Origin: a virus
Lineage: Duplodnaviria; Heunggongvirae; Uroviricota; Caudoviricetes
Direction: 5' to 3' (one strand)
DNA: 64,000 nt
IMG/VR virus record: IMGVR_UViG_3300042400_000444
Position 1 is the first letter of the stretch. Each line of letters begins with the position of its first letter. This document shows positions 48,219 to 58,127 of this stretch, in pieces. A program made the translations under genes and the position numbers. The notes beneath the pieces were generated by a model, which did not search any database, was not told the DNA's origin, and worked only from the letters and a program-made list of their open reading frames with translations.

Positions 48219-49759
48219 TAATTATCCGCCAAAGGTGAAAGTATGTCAGATAAACCCTGACGTTCCGGTGTTACTTTACTGTAAACCGTGTATTCTAGCA
48301 TGTCGTTACTAGATAGTGTATTTGTGAGCGTAAATGACACATTTCCGGCAGTATTTGCTACTGTATTGGTAATATGTGTGCCATTTAGTGTAGTTTTTAC
48401 GCCATGTGTGCTAACATACGCAATTTTCGTTACAACTGTCTTAGTTGACATATTAAATGATATTGTAGTTACATTAGCAGCCGGAGCATAAGGAGTAGCA
48501 ACACGTATTGCGTCCCAGCCTAAACTACCACTATATGTAGCGTTTATATTATTAACAAACCCACTACGTTGAGTGGTATTATCTATTCCAGGAGTTAAGT
48601 TTGTACGCACTGCATCCTCAATTTTAATCCAACGTTTAGCATCGTAGCGGAACAATCTATTTGGAACATAGTCTAAACGTAAATAGTAATCACCGACTGT
48701 CGGCGCCGCAGGAAATGCAATACCTGCACTAACTGGTAATCCATTTGGCGGCAATCCTGTGCTTGTTAAGTATCCTTCGACCTTAGCAGTAGAAGTAACT
48801 GCTACATTTGGTAAATTGTTTGTATCTACAGGTAATGTATAAATGGTACTAGTATCGTATCCACTCATCGGAACTTCGGCTTCAGCACGTGCAATAATAG
48901 CATCGTTAACTGCGGTGTATTTGTTGTAAGTACTTAACAAATCACCGATTGGCGTATTGTTAGCATCACCACTACTGATATTTTGTGTAATGTCTTTATA
49001 TTCTTGACTATCTACCAATGGAGCAACTTTAACTCGCCACAGGTGTGGATACCAAGTCTGACTAAATCCTTCTGCCGCACGTGTAGCATCTTGCACAACG
49101 TAATAACGTTTTAGCGCACTGGGTAAATCATCGTCTAACGGATAAAAGTCTTTTAAGTGTGGTAGTTCCATTACATCACCTACCATAATCTTACGACCTA
49201 AGTTCTCGACCATGTCGTTTAAGTGAAAAACCATAAACATAGTATCGCCAGTTAAGAACAACCCAAACTGACTTAAATCAAAATCGTTGTCATTCATACG
49301 ATAGACACTGCGTAAAGTATAAACACTAGTATCATACTTACGATCTCTATTCTCTAGGAATAATAGGTCTTGTATATTTTTCACACTTTCATTAGCATAA
49401 CTCGGCTGTGTCGCATCAGTATAGACAGAAACAGTAGCCCCTGACCCAACAATAGCAGTAGTGCTTGCTGATAGCGTAACGGTTGTACTTGTTTTTGCAA
49501 TAACAGTAGTATTAGCTGGAATATTAGTACCAGTAACAAACATGCCTCTTGTTATTGCTGATGTGTTTGCAAATACTAATTCAGCTCCAGGAGCAGATTG
49601 TGCCGCTGATGTAGTAACGCTCGTACCTTGCTCAAGTGGACCAAGATACTTGTGAATGTTGATATCAACGCCACCAACAGTAAACATCTCACTGATTCGA
49701 CGGTCGAAGAATTTATAATCGTTCCCTTTGGTAGGGCGGTACATCGAAAGACGAGGCAT
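48218..49759 (-). CDS. gp14: Neck protein, gp14-like, with insertions
   Basis: IQDLLFLENRDRKYD...DFDLSQFGLFL...GDVMELPHL; precedes the gp15-like gene with a TAATG overlap. Confidence 0.7.
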   Translation of the reverse strand: MPRLSMYRPTKGNDYKFFDRRISEMFTVGGVDINIHKYLGPLEQGTSVTTSAAQSAPGAELVFANTSAITRGMFVTGTNIPANTTVIAKTSTTVTLSASTTAIVGSGATVSVYTDATQPSYANESVKNIQDLLFLENRDRKYDTSVYTLRSVYRMNDNDFDLSQFGLFLTGDTMFMVFHLNDMVENLGRKIMVGDVMELPHLKDFYPLDDDLPSALKRYYVVQDATRAAEGFSQTWYPHLWRVKVAPLVDSQEYKDITQNISSGDANNTPIGDLLSTYNKYTAVNDAIIARAEAEVPMSGYDTSTIYTLPVDTNNLPNVAVTSTAKVEGYLTSTGLPPNGLPVSAGIAFPAAPTVGDYYLRLDYVPNRLFRYDAKRWIKIEDAVRTNLTPGIDNTTQRSGFVNNINATYSGSLGWDAIRVATPYAPAANVTTISFNMSTKTVVTKIAYVSTHGVKTTLNGTHITNTVANTAGNVSFTLTNTLSSNDMLEYTVYSKVTPERQGLSDILSPLADN

Positions 49760-50370
49760 TATATTACTCCGGTGGCTAATAGTTTAGCTAATTTATTTGC
49801 TTTTACCGTTGCTATTTGTTTAGCAACCCTGTTGGCTATATGTTCTGGTGATTGTTTACGACCGCGAGTTGTGTCACCTTGTTTTCTCTTAGCATCATCG
49901 GTACGTATTTTACCTATTCTAGATTGGCGTAATTTTTCTATATGTTCTGGTGATTGTTTTTTTCCAAAATTTGGATTTAATATTCCTTTCATTCCGTACA
50001 TAGGATTATTTTCACCTGAAAAAGTTAAACTTTTAATTTTTGAACCTTCGGATTTAATAATTGCAAAAATATGACTGGATATTTTATGTCGTTGTTGCCC
50101 TGGTCGTGCGCGATACAGCATACAGCTAAATGCATTCCACATTTGATATTGGTGTTTAGTAGTAATTACCATTTTAGTAAGTAACCAATGACAAATAAAA
50201 TGTTGCCGTGCTGTAAGTTTAACTAAATTATCTTTTGTATTACTACCGCCAAGTGATTTAGGAATAATATGATGTTTTTCTGTATACTCTGCTGTTTCTT
50301 GCACACGTGCAGATTCTATGATATTAAAATACCATTTGCTATATTTGTTAATTAAAAACTCACTTGGCAT
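49759..50370 (-). mobile_element. HNH homing endonuclease with NUMOD3 repeats, upstream of the neck gene
   Basis: NKYSKWY...EKHHIIPKSLGGSNTKDNLVKLTARQHFICHWLL; GENNPMYG and KQSPEHI twice; CTAAATA at 50392-50398; stop overlaps the gp14 ATG. Confidence 0.85.
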
Positions 50371-50404
50371 TGCGTAGTCCTGTATATCTAATATTTAGCT
50401 TAGA

Positions 50405-50433
50405 TTGACATCGCAACAAATAGATGCTATACT
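50405..50433 (+). promoter_or_regulatory. sigma70-type promoter (probable leaderless transcript)
   Basis: TTGACA-N17-TATACT, with the ATG 6 nt after the -10 box. Confidence 0.8.
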
Positions 50434-50439
50434 AGCCTT

Positions 50440-50706
50440 ATGAGTGAATTACAAACAAGTTTAGATTGGCCCGCTATGCAGACTGCTATGGAAGCTCCTG
50501 TACACAAAATTAAGAAGTTTGGCGGCGAGCTACGCCAAATGAGTGATAATATAGGCGGCATGATTAAAGCACTAAGTATTGAGGAGATAGAGTGCAGACG
50601 TCAGCAAAAGCAAACAAGAAAACATAAAGAACTTTTAGATAAGATAAATGAATACATTGCCGATTATGAACGCAACTTAACTTTTGCAGTATTATTGGCA
50701 GGTTGA
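50440..50706 (+). CDS. Hypothetical helical protein (88 aa)
   Basis: ORF directly behind a sigma70 promoter; coiled-coil-like composition. Confidence 0.65.
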   Translation: MSELQTSLDWPAMQTAMEAPVHKIKKFGGELRQMSDNIGGMIKALSIEEIECRRQQKQTRKHKELLDKINEYIADYERNLTFAVLLAG

Positions 50707-50708
50707 GC

Positions 50709-50737
50709 TTGACAAATGAATAAAATGGCTGTATAAT
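50709..50737 (+). promoter_or_regulatory. Consensus sigma70 promoter
   Basis: TTGACA-N17-TATAAT. Confidence 0.88.
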
Positions 50738-50769
50738 GCTATATATAAACTGTTAACAAGGAAAAACAA

Positions 50770-51951
50770 ATGGCTATTAAAATTGATGGTATGAAGAAAA
50801 AAGCTAAAACAGTAACACGTGACCCAATCTTTGCAGATGAGAAGAGTGTTGGTTCAGAGCCAGTATGGGATCCAGTACGTGCGTTAGAGTTTACAGATGA
50901 AGAATTCGATCATCACATGCGTATTAGCTTACGTTATTACAATTACTTCTACACAACTAAAGAACTTAAGAAGTACTTAGTTGAATGGGCACGTCAGCAA
51001 GCTGATGTAGCACACAAATTTGATAAAGCTACAATTGATAAATTTGCGAAAGCATCTGATAGCTTACTACCACTTACACCTTGCGCATTAGCTAAAGCAC
51101 ACAAACAGGGCATGCCACTACACGAAAAACATGTTGATTACTTAGTCAGCTCTATTAGAAAAGTAGTTGATAACTTAGTCGACGAAGTTGTTGAAGTTGA
51201 CCCAACTGCACCAGTTGTAGTTAAAGTAACAATTCAAGATCGACTTAACGATATACTTAAAACACACATCTTACACTTTGAAGAACTTGAAGATGCGCTA
51301 ATTGAAGGTAAAACAGTTGATGCTAAAGCATACGATTACTTAACAGGTAAAAACGTACCTCAAGGTATGTTAAGTAGAATTGCGGCAGTATTTGAAAAAC
51401 GCCAAGACGAAATGAACGAAGCACGTGCTGGTAAAGATGAGCAACTGAATGAAGGCTATGCGCATTACAAAGCGGCAGACTACAAACGCTTTGATGCATT
51501 TTACACAAAACTGATTGCAGACTTAACAAGCTACGGTCAAGTTAAGAAAGCAACTAAGAAAGTAACAGTACGTAAGCCACCAGCTAAAGAGAAGTTAGTT
51601 GCTAAACTAAAATATCTTAAAGAAGAAAAGACTTTACGATTAGTATCTGTTAATCCAGTTGATATTGTAGGTGCAACTGAACTGTGGGTTTACAATGTTA
51701 GAACACGTAAACTTGGTAAGTATGTTGCAGAAGCAATGGGCGGTGCGCTTACTGTTAAAGGTACTGCTATTGTGGGCTTTAGTGAAACTGCAAGTGTACA
51801 AAAGACATTACGTAAGCCTGATGTGCAACTTAAAGAATTCTTAAGTGCAGGCAAGATACAATTGCGCAAGTTTATCGAAGACATTAAGGCAACAGAAATT
51901 AAACTAACAGGTCGTATTAACCCAGATACTATCCTACTTAAAGTACAATAA
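50770..51951 (+). CDS. Hypothetical protein (393 aa), Lys-rich, sigma70-driven
   Basis: Long ORF with AAGGA RBS. The C-terminal GATELWVYNVRTRKLGKY...LTVKGTAIVGF...QKTLRKP looks like a conserved domain of unknown function in T4-like phages. Confidence 0.75.
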   Translation: MAIKIDGMKKKAKTVTRDPIFADEKSVGSEPVWDPVRALEFTDEEFDHHMRISLRYYNYFYTTKELKKYLVEWARQQADVAHKFDKATIDKFAKASDSLLPLTPCALAKAHKQGMPLHEKHVDYLVSSIRKVVDNLVDEVVEVDPTAPVVVKVTIQDRLNDILKTHILHFEELEDALIEGKTVDAKAYDYLTGKNVPQGMLSRIAAVFEKRQDEMNEARAGKDEQLNEGYAHYKAADYKRFDAFYTKLIADLTSYGQVKKATKKVTVRKPPAKEKLVAKLKYLKEEKTLRLVSVNPVDIVGATELWVYNVRTRKLGKYVAEAMGGALTVKGTAIVGFSETASVQKTLRKPDVQLKEFLSAGKIQLRKFIEDIKATEIKLTGRINPDTILLKVQ

Positions 51952-52004
51952 TCAAACCAAAGTCGTCCTGTAAGTGCTAAATATACGAAACAGGACGATT
52001 TCAT

Positions 52005-52889
52005 ATGGCAACAGCAACTACAGGGTTAACACCCAACCTTAGTCTAACTACAGATAGTTTATACAATCCAGCTACAGGTACGGGTGCTGGACATATTGCA
52101 TTTGATGCATCACTATTACTTCCAGAAACACAGCAACGTAACGACATTATTGATTACATTCGTTTACGTTTGGGTGATGGCATTGTTGATGTTGAAGCAG
52201 ACAAAGAACATTATGACATGGGCATTAAACAAGCCTTTGTACGTTATCGTCAACGCAGTTCAAACGCAGTAGAAGAAAGCTATGCGTTCTTAGACCTACA
52301 TCCAGAAACACAAGAGTACATATTACCACGTGAAATTATGGATGTTAGACAAATATTCAGACGTGGTATTGGGTCCGTAACAGGTACAACAGCCTCACAG
52401 TTCGAACCATTTGCGGCAGGTTACTTAAACACTTATATGTTAGTGGCTGGTCGTGTTGGCGGGCTTGCTAGCTACGAATTATTCACACAATATCAAGAGC
52501 TAGCAATGACTATGTTCGGTGGCTATATGAACTTTACATTTAACAAAGCAACTAAAAAATTAACAGTCATACGTAAACAACCGTGGCAAGGACAAAACTC
52601 TATTGCGGTAGAAAGTGTTGCGCTATGGGTATACAATGTTAAACCAGATGCTATGTTGTTAAATGACCCACAAGTATTTCCATGGATACAGGACTATGCT
52701 TATGCATTAGTAATGATATCAATCGGACAAGCACGTGAAAAGTTTAGTCAAATTGCAGGACCGCAAGGTGGTGGCAGTTTGAATGGTGCGGCACTTAAAG
52801 CAGAAGGACAAACACTGTTAGATAAACTTGATGCTGAAATTTCAAGTTATGCAGATGGCGGGATGCCGCTCACTTGGATAACTGGCTAA
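52005..52889 (+). CDS. gp13: Neck/head-tail adaptor, gp13-like
   Basis: IIDYIRLRLGDGIVDVEADKEHYD, EYILPREIMDVRQIF, WIQDYAYAL...GQAREKF...GPQGGGSLNG; CTAAATA at 51977-51983. Confidence 0.8.
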   Translation: MATATTGLTPNLSLTTDSLYNPATGTGAGHIAFDASLLLPETQQRNDIIDYIRLRLGDGIVDVEADKEHYDMGIKQAFVRYRQRSSNAVEESYAFLDLHPETQEYILPREIMDVRQIFRRGIGSVTGTTASQFEPFAAGYLNTYMLVAGRVGGLASYELFTQYQELAMTMFGGYMNFTFNKATKKLTVIRKQPWQGQNSIAVESVALWVYNVKPDAMLLNDPQVFPWIQDYAYALVMISIGQAREKFSQIAGPQGGGSLNGAALKAEGQTLLDKLDAEISSYADGGMPLTWITG

Positions 52890-52897
52890 ATCAATAA

Positions 52898-52926
52898 TTG
52901 ACATCTGTCTGTAATAAAAGTATAAT
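52898..52926 (+). promoter_or_regulatory. Consensus sigma70 promoter
   Basis: TTGACA-N17-TATAAT upstream of the dNMP kinase. Confidence 0.88.
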
Positions 52927-52949
52927 ATACTATATACAGAGGGAAAGTC

Positions 52950-53615
52950 ATGATTATATCAGTAACAGGTTTTATTGGAAGTGGCAAAGATACTATTGCA
53001 GATTACTTAGTTGCTGAACATGGCTTTAAGCGAGAGAGCTTTGCTGGAACACTTAAAGATGCAGTTGCTACAGTCTTTGGGTGGGATAGAGAATTACTAG
53101 AAGGCCGCAGTGCAGAAGGTAGAGCCTGGCGCGAAAAAGTAGACCCATGGTGGGCAAAACGCTTAAAGATGCCAAAACTAACTCCACGTTGGGTACTGCA
53201 AAACTGGGGAACAGAAGTATGTCGACACGGTTTTCACAGTGATATATGGATAGCAAGTCTAGAAAACAAACTACGTAAAACAAATGAAGACATTGTAATA
53301 TCAGATTGCCGCTTTCCAAATGAACTCAAAATGATTAAGAATATGGGCGGCAAAACAGTACGTGTTAAACGTGGCACTGAACCTGTATGGTACAATTCTG
53401 CTAAAGATGTTAATGCTGGTATGAAGCGTATCGGCTGGGCATTAGGTAAAAGTGAATTAGAAAAGTTAGGCATACATCCAAGTGAGTATGCATGGATTGG
53501 TACTAAGTTTGATGTTACTGTTACCAATGATGGTACTATAGATGACTTATATGCTAACACCGAAGCGTTAATTATATCAGAAATCCGGAACGAGATCGCC
53601 TTGAGTCCAGCCTAG
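52950..53615 (+). CDS. gp1: Deoxynucleoside monophosphate kinase, T4 gp1-like
   Basis: P-loop GFIGSGKDT, SFAGTLKDAV, TPRWVLQNWGTEVCR, VISDCRFPNE, HPSE. Confidence 0.92.
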   Translation: MIISVTGFIGSGKDTIADYLVAEHGFKRESFAGTLKDAVATVFGWDRELLEGRSAEGRAWREKVDPWWAKRLKMPKLTPRWVLQNWGTEVCRHGFHSDIWIASLENKLRKTNEDIVISDCRFPNELKMIKNMGGKTVRVKRGTEPVWYNSAKDVNAGMKRIGWALGKSELEKLGIHPSEYAWIGTKFDVTVTNDGTIDDLYANTEALIISEIRNEIALSPA

Positions 53616-53927
53616 TCCTTCTTTAACAATAGTAATTTGACAATTAGCGCATACTGTTCTTAAATTAAGTAATGCATTATTTTTTAAATTGCCGTCGACA
53701 TAGTATACACTAAGTTGTTCTTTATACTTTGCCTTAAAGCCACATTTTTCACAGTGTGGCTTTTTCTTATATCCAGCAAGTACCCAAGTTGGTTTTTGCG
53801 GTGTCAGTTTTCTATTTTTTCTGATACATCCACTACAGCGAGTCCGATAATGAGTAACTCCATTCCGCTTATAATTAACAGCGGCAAGGTTTCTAGTACA
53901 ACTTTGACATAAAGGACGGTGTTCCAT
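53577..53927 (-). CDS. Cys-rich protein with degenerate HNH motif (probable start 53927)
   Basis: CQSC...CSGC...CEKC...LSVYYVDGNLKNNALLNLRTVCANC; CTAAATA just upstream of ATG 53927 (MEHRPLC). Confidence 0.6.
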   Translation of the reverse strand: MEHRPLCQSCTRNLAAVNYKRNGVTHYRTRCSGCIRKNRKLTPQKPTWVLAGYKKKPHCEKCGFKAKYKEQLSVYYVDGNLKNNALLNLRTVCANCQITIVKEGLGWTQGDLVPDF

Positions 53928-54040
53928 ACTGTATTTAGCATGCCGCAGCACACAAACCTTTGCCAAAGGCTCCTTAAAAGCCTATATTTTGCTAATACTG
54001 ATAAATATTTTAAAGTATTATAATAAAAGGATACTATACT

Positions 54041-57000
54041 ATGGCCGCATTACTATCACCAGGCGTATCAGTTAGCGTAATAGACGAAAGTCAATACACT
54101 CCGACTGCCGCTGGCACTATACCTTACATTCTTCTTGCAACAGCACAAGATAAATTAACTCCGAGTAGCACCACTGCACTTGGAACAACAGCTGCAAATG
54201 CTGATAAATTACTTACTATTACTAGCCAACGTGAATTAATTAGCACATTTGGTTATCCAGTATTCCAACAAGATGCACAAGGCAATCCAATCCATGCACA
54301 TGAATTAAATGAATATGGCTTACTTGCAGCGTACAGCGCATTGGGAGTAGCGAACAGAGTATATGTTCAACGTGCAGATGTTGATTTGAATCAACTTATC
54401 GGAACAAGTGTTCGTCCAACTGGTACACCATCGGACGGCATTCATTGGCTTGATCAAACAGCTTCCAATTTAGGATTACATGAATTTGTTAACGGCACTG
54501 GCTTTGTTAAACAAGCAGTGCTGAATATAACTGATGAGGCATATTTAGACTCAAATGGAGTTCCTCTAAGTTCATTTGGTGCAATTGGCCAATATGCATC
54601 TAATTCAACCATTGCATCAAGCCCTGTGTATTTTAAACGTCCAGATAATATTTGGGCATTAATTGGGTCAGATGATTGGAAATTGGGCCAACCTACTATT
54701 ACTGGTACAATTGCAAACCCAACAACATTAGCAACCGGTCAAATGTTAAGATTGAATGGAGCCAATGTTGTTCTTACAGGCTCAACAGTAACTAGTGCTG
54801 CAGCTGATATTACTAATGCCTTAATTACTGGGGTCTTTGCAACTGTAAACTTAACAGGGCAACTCCAAATTCGCATTAATGGAACAGCGGCGAGCAACGG
54901 CTCGACTGCCGACGGCAAACTTAGCATTACATTAGGTAGTGCGTACGGTGTTACTGATGCAGCACAAAAATTAGGTTTATTCTCAGCGGCAGAAGTGGCT
55001 GCAGGAAATGTTAAAGTATTAAATAGTCCTACAATACAATTTAGTGATTACCGAGATGTTCCGGCGTGGAAAGCCTCTGATGTTGTGCCTCGTCCAAACG
55101 GAAGTGTGTGGTTTAAAACATCTGCAACAGGTAACGGAGCAGTTTATTCATTCAAACGATACAATGCAACATCCGACAATTTTACTCTATTGTCGACACC
55201 ACTTTATGCTAGCCAAGAAGATGCAATATATGGATTAGACCCAGTGGGCGGAGGAGCCGGGATTGCAGCAGGTTCAACTTTTGTTCATTATGATATAGGG
55301 GGTAATAATACAGCACAATTTATAGCGTATGTTAAACACGTTGCTGGATTAGTAAAAGCAACTGGCTCAATTCCAGTATCTCCGGTAACCTATACAGCAG
55401 GTGATAGTTTTAATATAGAAGTAAGTGTTCCTGGATCAGCTGGGTATCAGGCCGCTACAATTACGTTAACAGCCGCTAATCCGGCAGTAAGTATTTGGAA
55501 TGCAACTGCACAAAGTTTAGTTGGTGACATTTTAGCTGCAAACTTACCAAATATTGTAGCTACAGTTGAAGCTAGTGGCGCAGTTAGCATAAGTCATTTA
55601 GCAGGCGGCACAATAAGATTATCGGCGATTACGGGTAGCCCATTGACTACACTTGGTTTAGTGGGTGCCAATCAAGACGCATGCCCACCAAATGTATATT
55701 ATAATTCATCAACTTTATGGACTATTACTCCGTGGGCTCCATTATTATTTACATTCTCGGATACAGCACCATACAGCAATCCAGCCGACGGAGCATTGTG
55801 GTATTACAATAATGCTCTTGATGTAGATATTATGATCCACGACGGCACTAACGGATGGAAAGGTTATCATAATGTAGCAAATGATGCACGTGGTTATGAT
55901 TTAGGTGCAACAGACCCATTTGGCCCAATTTTATCTGCATCACAACCAGGATACCAAACTGACGGTACTACAAGAGTTGTGCCAGGTGAATTATGGATTG
56001 ATACTAGTGATTTAGAAAATTATCCAGTGATTCGTCGATATACTGGCGCTATATGGGAAATGATTGATAATACAGATCAAGTTAATTCGGATGGTATTGT
56101 ATTTGCTGATGCTCGTTGGAGCCACAACGGATCAATTAATCCTATTGTTGATTCCTTACCAAGTATCGAAACTTTATCAAATAGTAATTATTTAGATTCA
56201 GATGCTCCGGATTTCAGATTATATGCACGTGGAACATTATTGTTTAATACACGTCGTAGTGGTTACAATGTAAAACGTTTTGAATCTGCTTACTTAACGG
56301 ATGTACGTGGGGTAGGTGTTACGTTCGAAGCAGGTACATGGGTAAGCCATAGCGGTGTTGATGCAATGGGTGTTCCGTACTTCGGCCACAAAGCACAACG
56401 TAACACAGTAGTTGAATCACTTAAATCTGCAATCGAAACTAGCGTAAACTTACGTGAAGAACAAGTTGAATTTAACTTAATCGTTTGTCCTGGTTATCCA
56501 GAACTAATTCAAAATATGATTACTTTAAATAACGATCGCAAATCAACTGCATTTATTATCGGTGATAGTCCACTTACATTAAATTCAAGTTCTTCTGCAA
56601 TTGCAGAATGGGCAAGTAATGCGAATTTTGCTGTAGACAATGGTACAGATGGTCTTGTAAGTACAAGTGAATATTTAGGTGTTTACTACCCAAGTGGATA
56701 TGCTACAAACTTAGATGGTAATAGCGTAGTTGTTCCAGCTTCGCATGCAATGTTACGTACATATATACGTAGTGACAATCAAAGTTATCCATGGTTTGCA
56801 CCAGCTGGTGTACGTCGCGGTGTACTTGATAATATTAGCTCAATAGGTTATGTTGATTTAGCTGATGGTAGTACATTTAAGAGTATTGGTGTTACTGTAG
56901 GTTTACGTGATGTATTATATACAAACCGTGTTAATCCATTAACAGTATTACCAGGGGTTGGTTTAGTTGCTTATGGCCAAAAAACTCGTGCAGCAATGAC

Positions 57001-57331
57001 AAGTGCAATGGACCGTGTTAACGTAGCTCGTTTAGTATGTTACTTACGTCTAGTTCTTGATAAAGTTGCTCGTCCATACATATTTGAACCAAACGATACA
57101 ATTACTCGTAATCAAGTTAAAGGTGCATTTGAAGCGGTATTGAATGATATTGTTGCTAAACGTGGTATCTACGATTACTTGGTAGTTTGTGATACAAGTA
57201 ACAACACACCAGATCGTATTGATCGTAACGAATTGTACATTGATATTGCTATTGAACCAGTTAAAGCAATTGAATTTATTTACATTCCAGTAAGATTAAA
57301 AGGTACAGGCGGAATCGCAGCAGGACTTTAA
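54041..57331 (+). CDS. gp18: Tail sheath protein, gp18-like (1096 aa)
   Basis: LLSPGVSVSVIDES N-terminus; C-terminal YPWFAPAGVRRG, LYTNRVNP, GQKT...SAMDRVNVARL, FEPNDTITR, IEPVKAIEFIYIP; ATAAATA at 54001-54007. Confidence 0.93.
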   Translation: MAALLSPGVSVSVIDESQYTPTAAGTIPYILLATAQDKLTPSSTTALGTTAANADKLLTITSQRELISTFGYPVFQQDAQGNPIHAHELNEYGLLAAYSALGVANRVYVQRADVDLNQLIGTSVRPTGTPSDGIHWLDQTASNLGLHEFVNGTGFVKQAVLNITDEAYLDSNGVPLSSFGAIGQYASNSTIASSPVYFKRPDNIWALIGSDDWKLGQPTITGTIANPTTLATGQMLRLNGANVVLTGSTVTSAAADITNALITGVFATVNLTGQLQIRINGTAASNGSTADGKLSITLGSAYGVTDAAQKLGLFSAAEVAAGNVKVLNSPTIQFSDYRDVPAWKASDVVPRPNGSVWFKTSATGNGAVYSFKRYNATSDNFTLLSTPLYASQEDAIYGLDPVGGGAGIAAGSTFVHYDIGGNNTAQFIAYVKHVAGLVKATGSIPVSPVTYTAGDSFNIEVSVPGSAGYQAATITLTAANPAVSIWNATAQSLVGDILAANLPNIVATVEASGAVSISHLAGGTIRLSAITGSPLTTLGLVGANQDACPPNVYYNSSTLWTITPWAPLLFTFSDTAPYSNPADGALWYYNNALDVDIMIHDGTNGWKGYHNVANDARGYDLGATDPFGPILSASQPGYQTDGTTRVVPGELWIDTSDLENYPVIRRYTGAIWEMIDNTDQVNSDGIVFADARWSHNGSINPIVDSLPSIETLSNSNYLDSDAPDFRLYARGTLLFNTRRSGYNVKRFESAYLTDVRGVGVTFEAGTWVSHSGVDAMGVPYFGHKAQRNTVVESLKSAIETSVNLREEQVEFNLIVCPGYPELIQNMITLNNDRKSTAFIIGDSPLTLNSSSSAIAEWASNANFAVDNGTDGLVSTSEYLGVYYPSGYATNLDGNSVVVPASHAMLRTYIRSDNQSYPWFAPAGVRRGVLDNISSIGYVDLADGSTFKSIGVTVGLRDVLYTNRVNPLTVLPGVGLVAYGQKTRAAMTSAMDRVNVARLVCYLRLVLDKVARPYIFEPNDTITRNQVKGAFEAVLNDIVAKRGIYDYLVVCDTSNNTPDRIDRNELYIDIAIEPVKAIEFIYIPVRLKGTGGIAAGL

Positions 57332-57341
57332 TATACACTCT

Positions 57342-57370
57342 GTTAATGGTGGTTAACCCCCACCATTAAC
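57342..57370. other. Perfect 11-bp intergenic hairpin between sheath and tube genes
   Basis: GTTAATGGTGG-TTAACCC-CCACCATTAAC; no U-tract. Confidence 0.75.
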
Positions 57371-57409
57371 TCGTGTATAAAAAGATAAATATATAAAAGG
57401 AATAATAAG

Positions 57410-58045
57410 ATGGCAACATCATCATTAAATAAATTTACAGTACCATTATCAACAAACCAAAGTGCATCTGCACAAGGTCTATTGATGCCGAAATTAAAGT
57501 TCCGCTTCCGTGTAACTTTTGAAAATTTTGGTGTTAGCCAACCATCAACTGAGTTAACTAAACAAGTTATGGATTTTAAACGTCCAACTTTAACATTTGA
57601 CCCGATTGAAATACCAATTTACAACAGTCGTGTATATTATGCAGGCAAACCAACGTGGGAAACAGTTACTTGTCAACTACGTGATGATGCAGGTGGAGAG
57701 ACTAGTAAACGTGTTGGTGAGCAATTACAAAAACAATTTGACTTTATGGAACAATCTAGTGCAGCTACTGGTATTGATTATAAATTCCTTACACGCTTCG
57801 AAGTATTAGATGGCGGCAATGGTGCAAGTGAGCCAACTACATTAGAAACATGGGAAATGTATGGTTGCTTCTTAACATCAGTTGACTATGGTAACGCAGA
57901 ATATTCATCAAATGATCCGATGACTATTAGCTTAACTATCCGTTATGATAATGCATTACAAACTCCGACTGGTACAGGTGTTGGCACAGCAGTAGGCCAA
58001 GCATTTGTTAAATCAACAGGTGGTGTAGGCGCAATTACTGGTTAA
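57410..58045 (+). CDS. gp19: Tail tube protein, gp19-like
   Basis: LMPKLKFRFRVTF...KPTWETVTCQLRDD...ETWEMYGCFLTSVDYG...ISLTIRYDNA; follows the sheath gene; ATAAATA at 57385-57391. Confidence 0.88.
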   Translation: MATSSLNKFTVPLSTNQSASAQGLLMPKLKFRFRVTFENFGVSQPSTELTKQVMDFKRPTLTFDPIEIPIYNSRVYYAGKPTWETVTCQLRDDAGGETSKRVGEQLQKQFDFMEQSSAATGIDYKFLTRFEVLDGGNGASEPTTLETWEMYGCFLTSVDYGNAEYSSNDPMTISLTIRYDNALQTPTGTGVGTAVGQAFVKSTGGVGAITG

Positions 58046-58067
58046 TAGCTAGTAAATGAAACAACTT

Positions 58068-58097
58068 AAAAGCTCGGTAATTTCCGGGCTTTTTTTT
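58068..58097 (+). terminator. Intrinsic terminator after the tube gene
   Basis: AAAAGCTCGG-TAATTT-CCGGGCTTTTTTTT (one G-U pair). Confidence 0.8.
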
Positions 58098-58127
58098 GGC
58101 GATAAATAATATAAATGGATAGCATAT

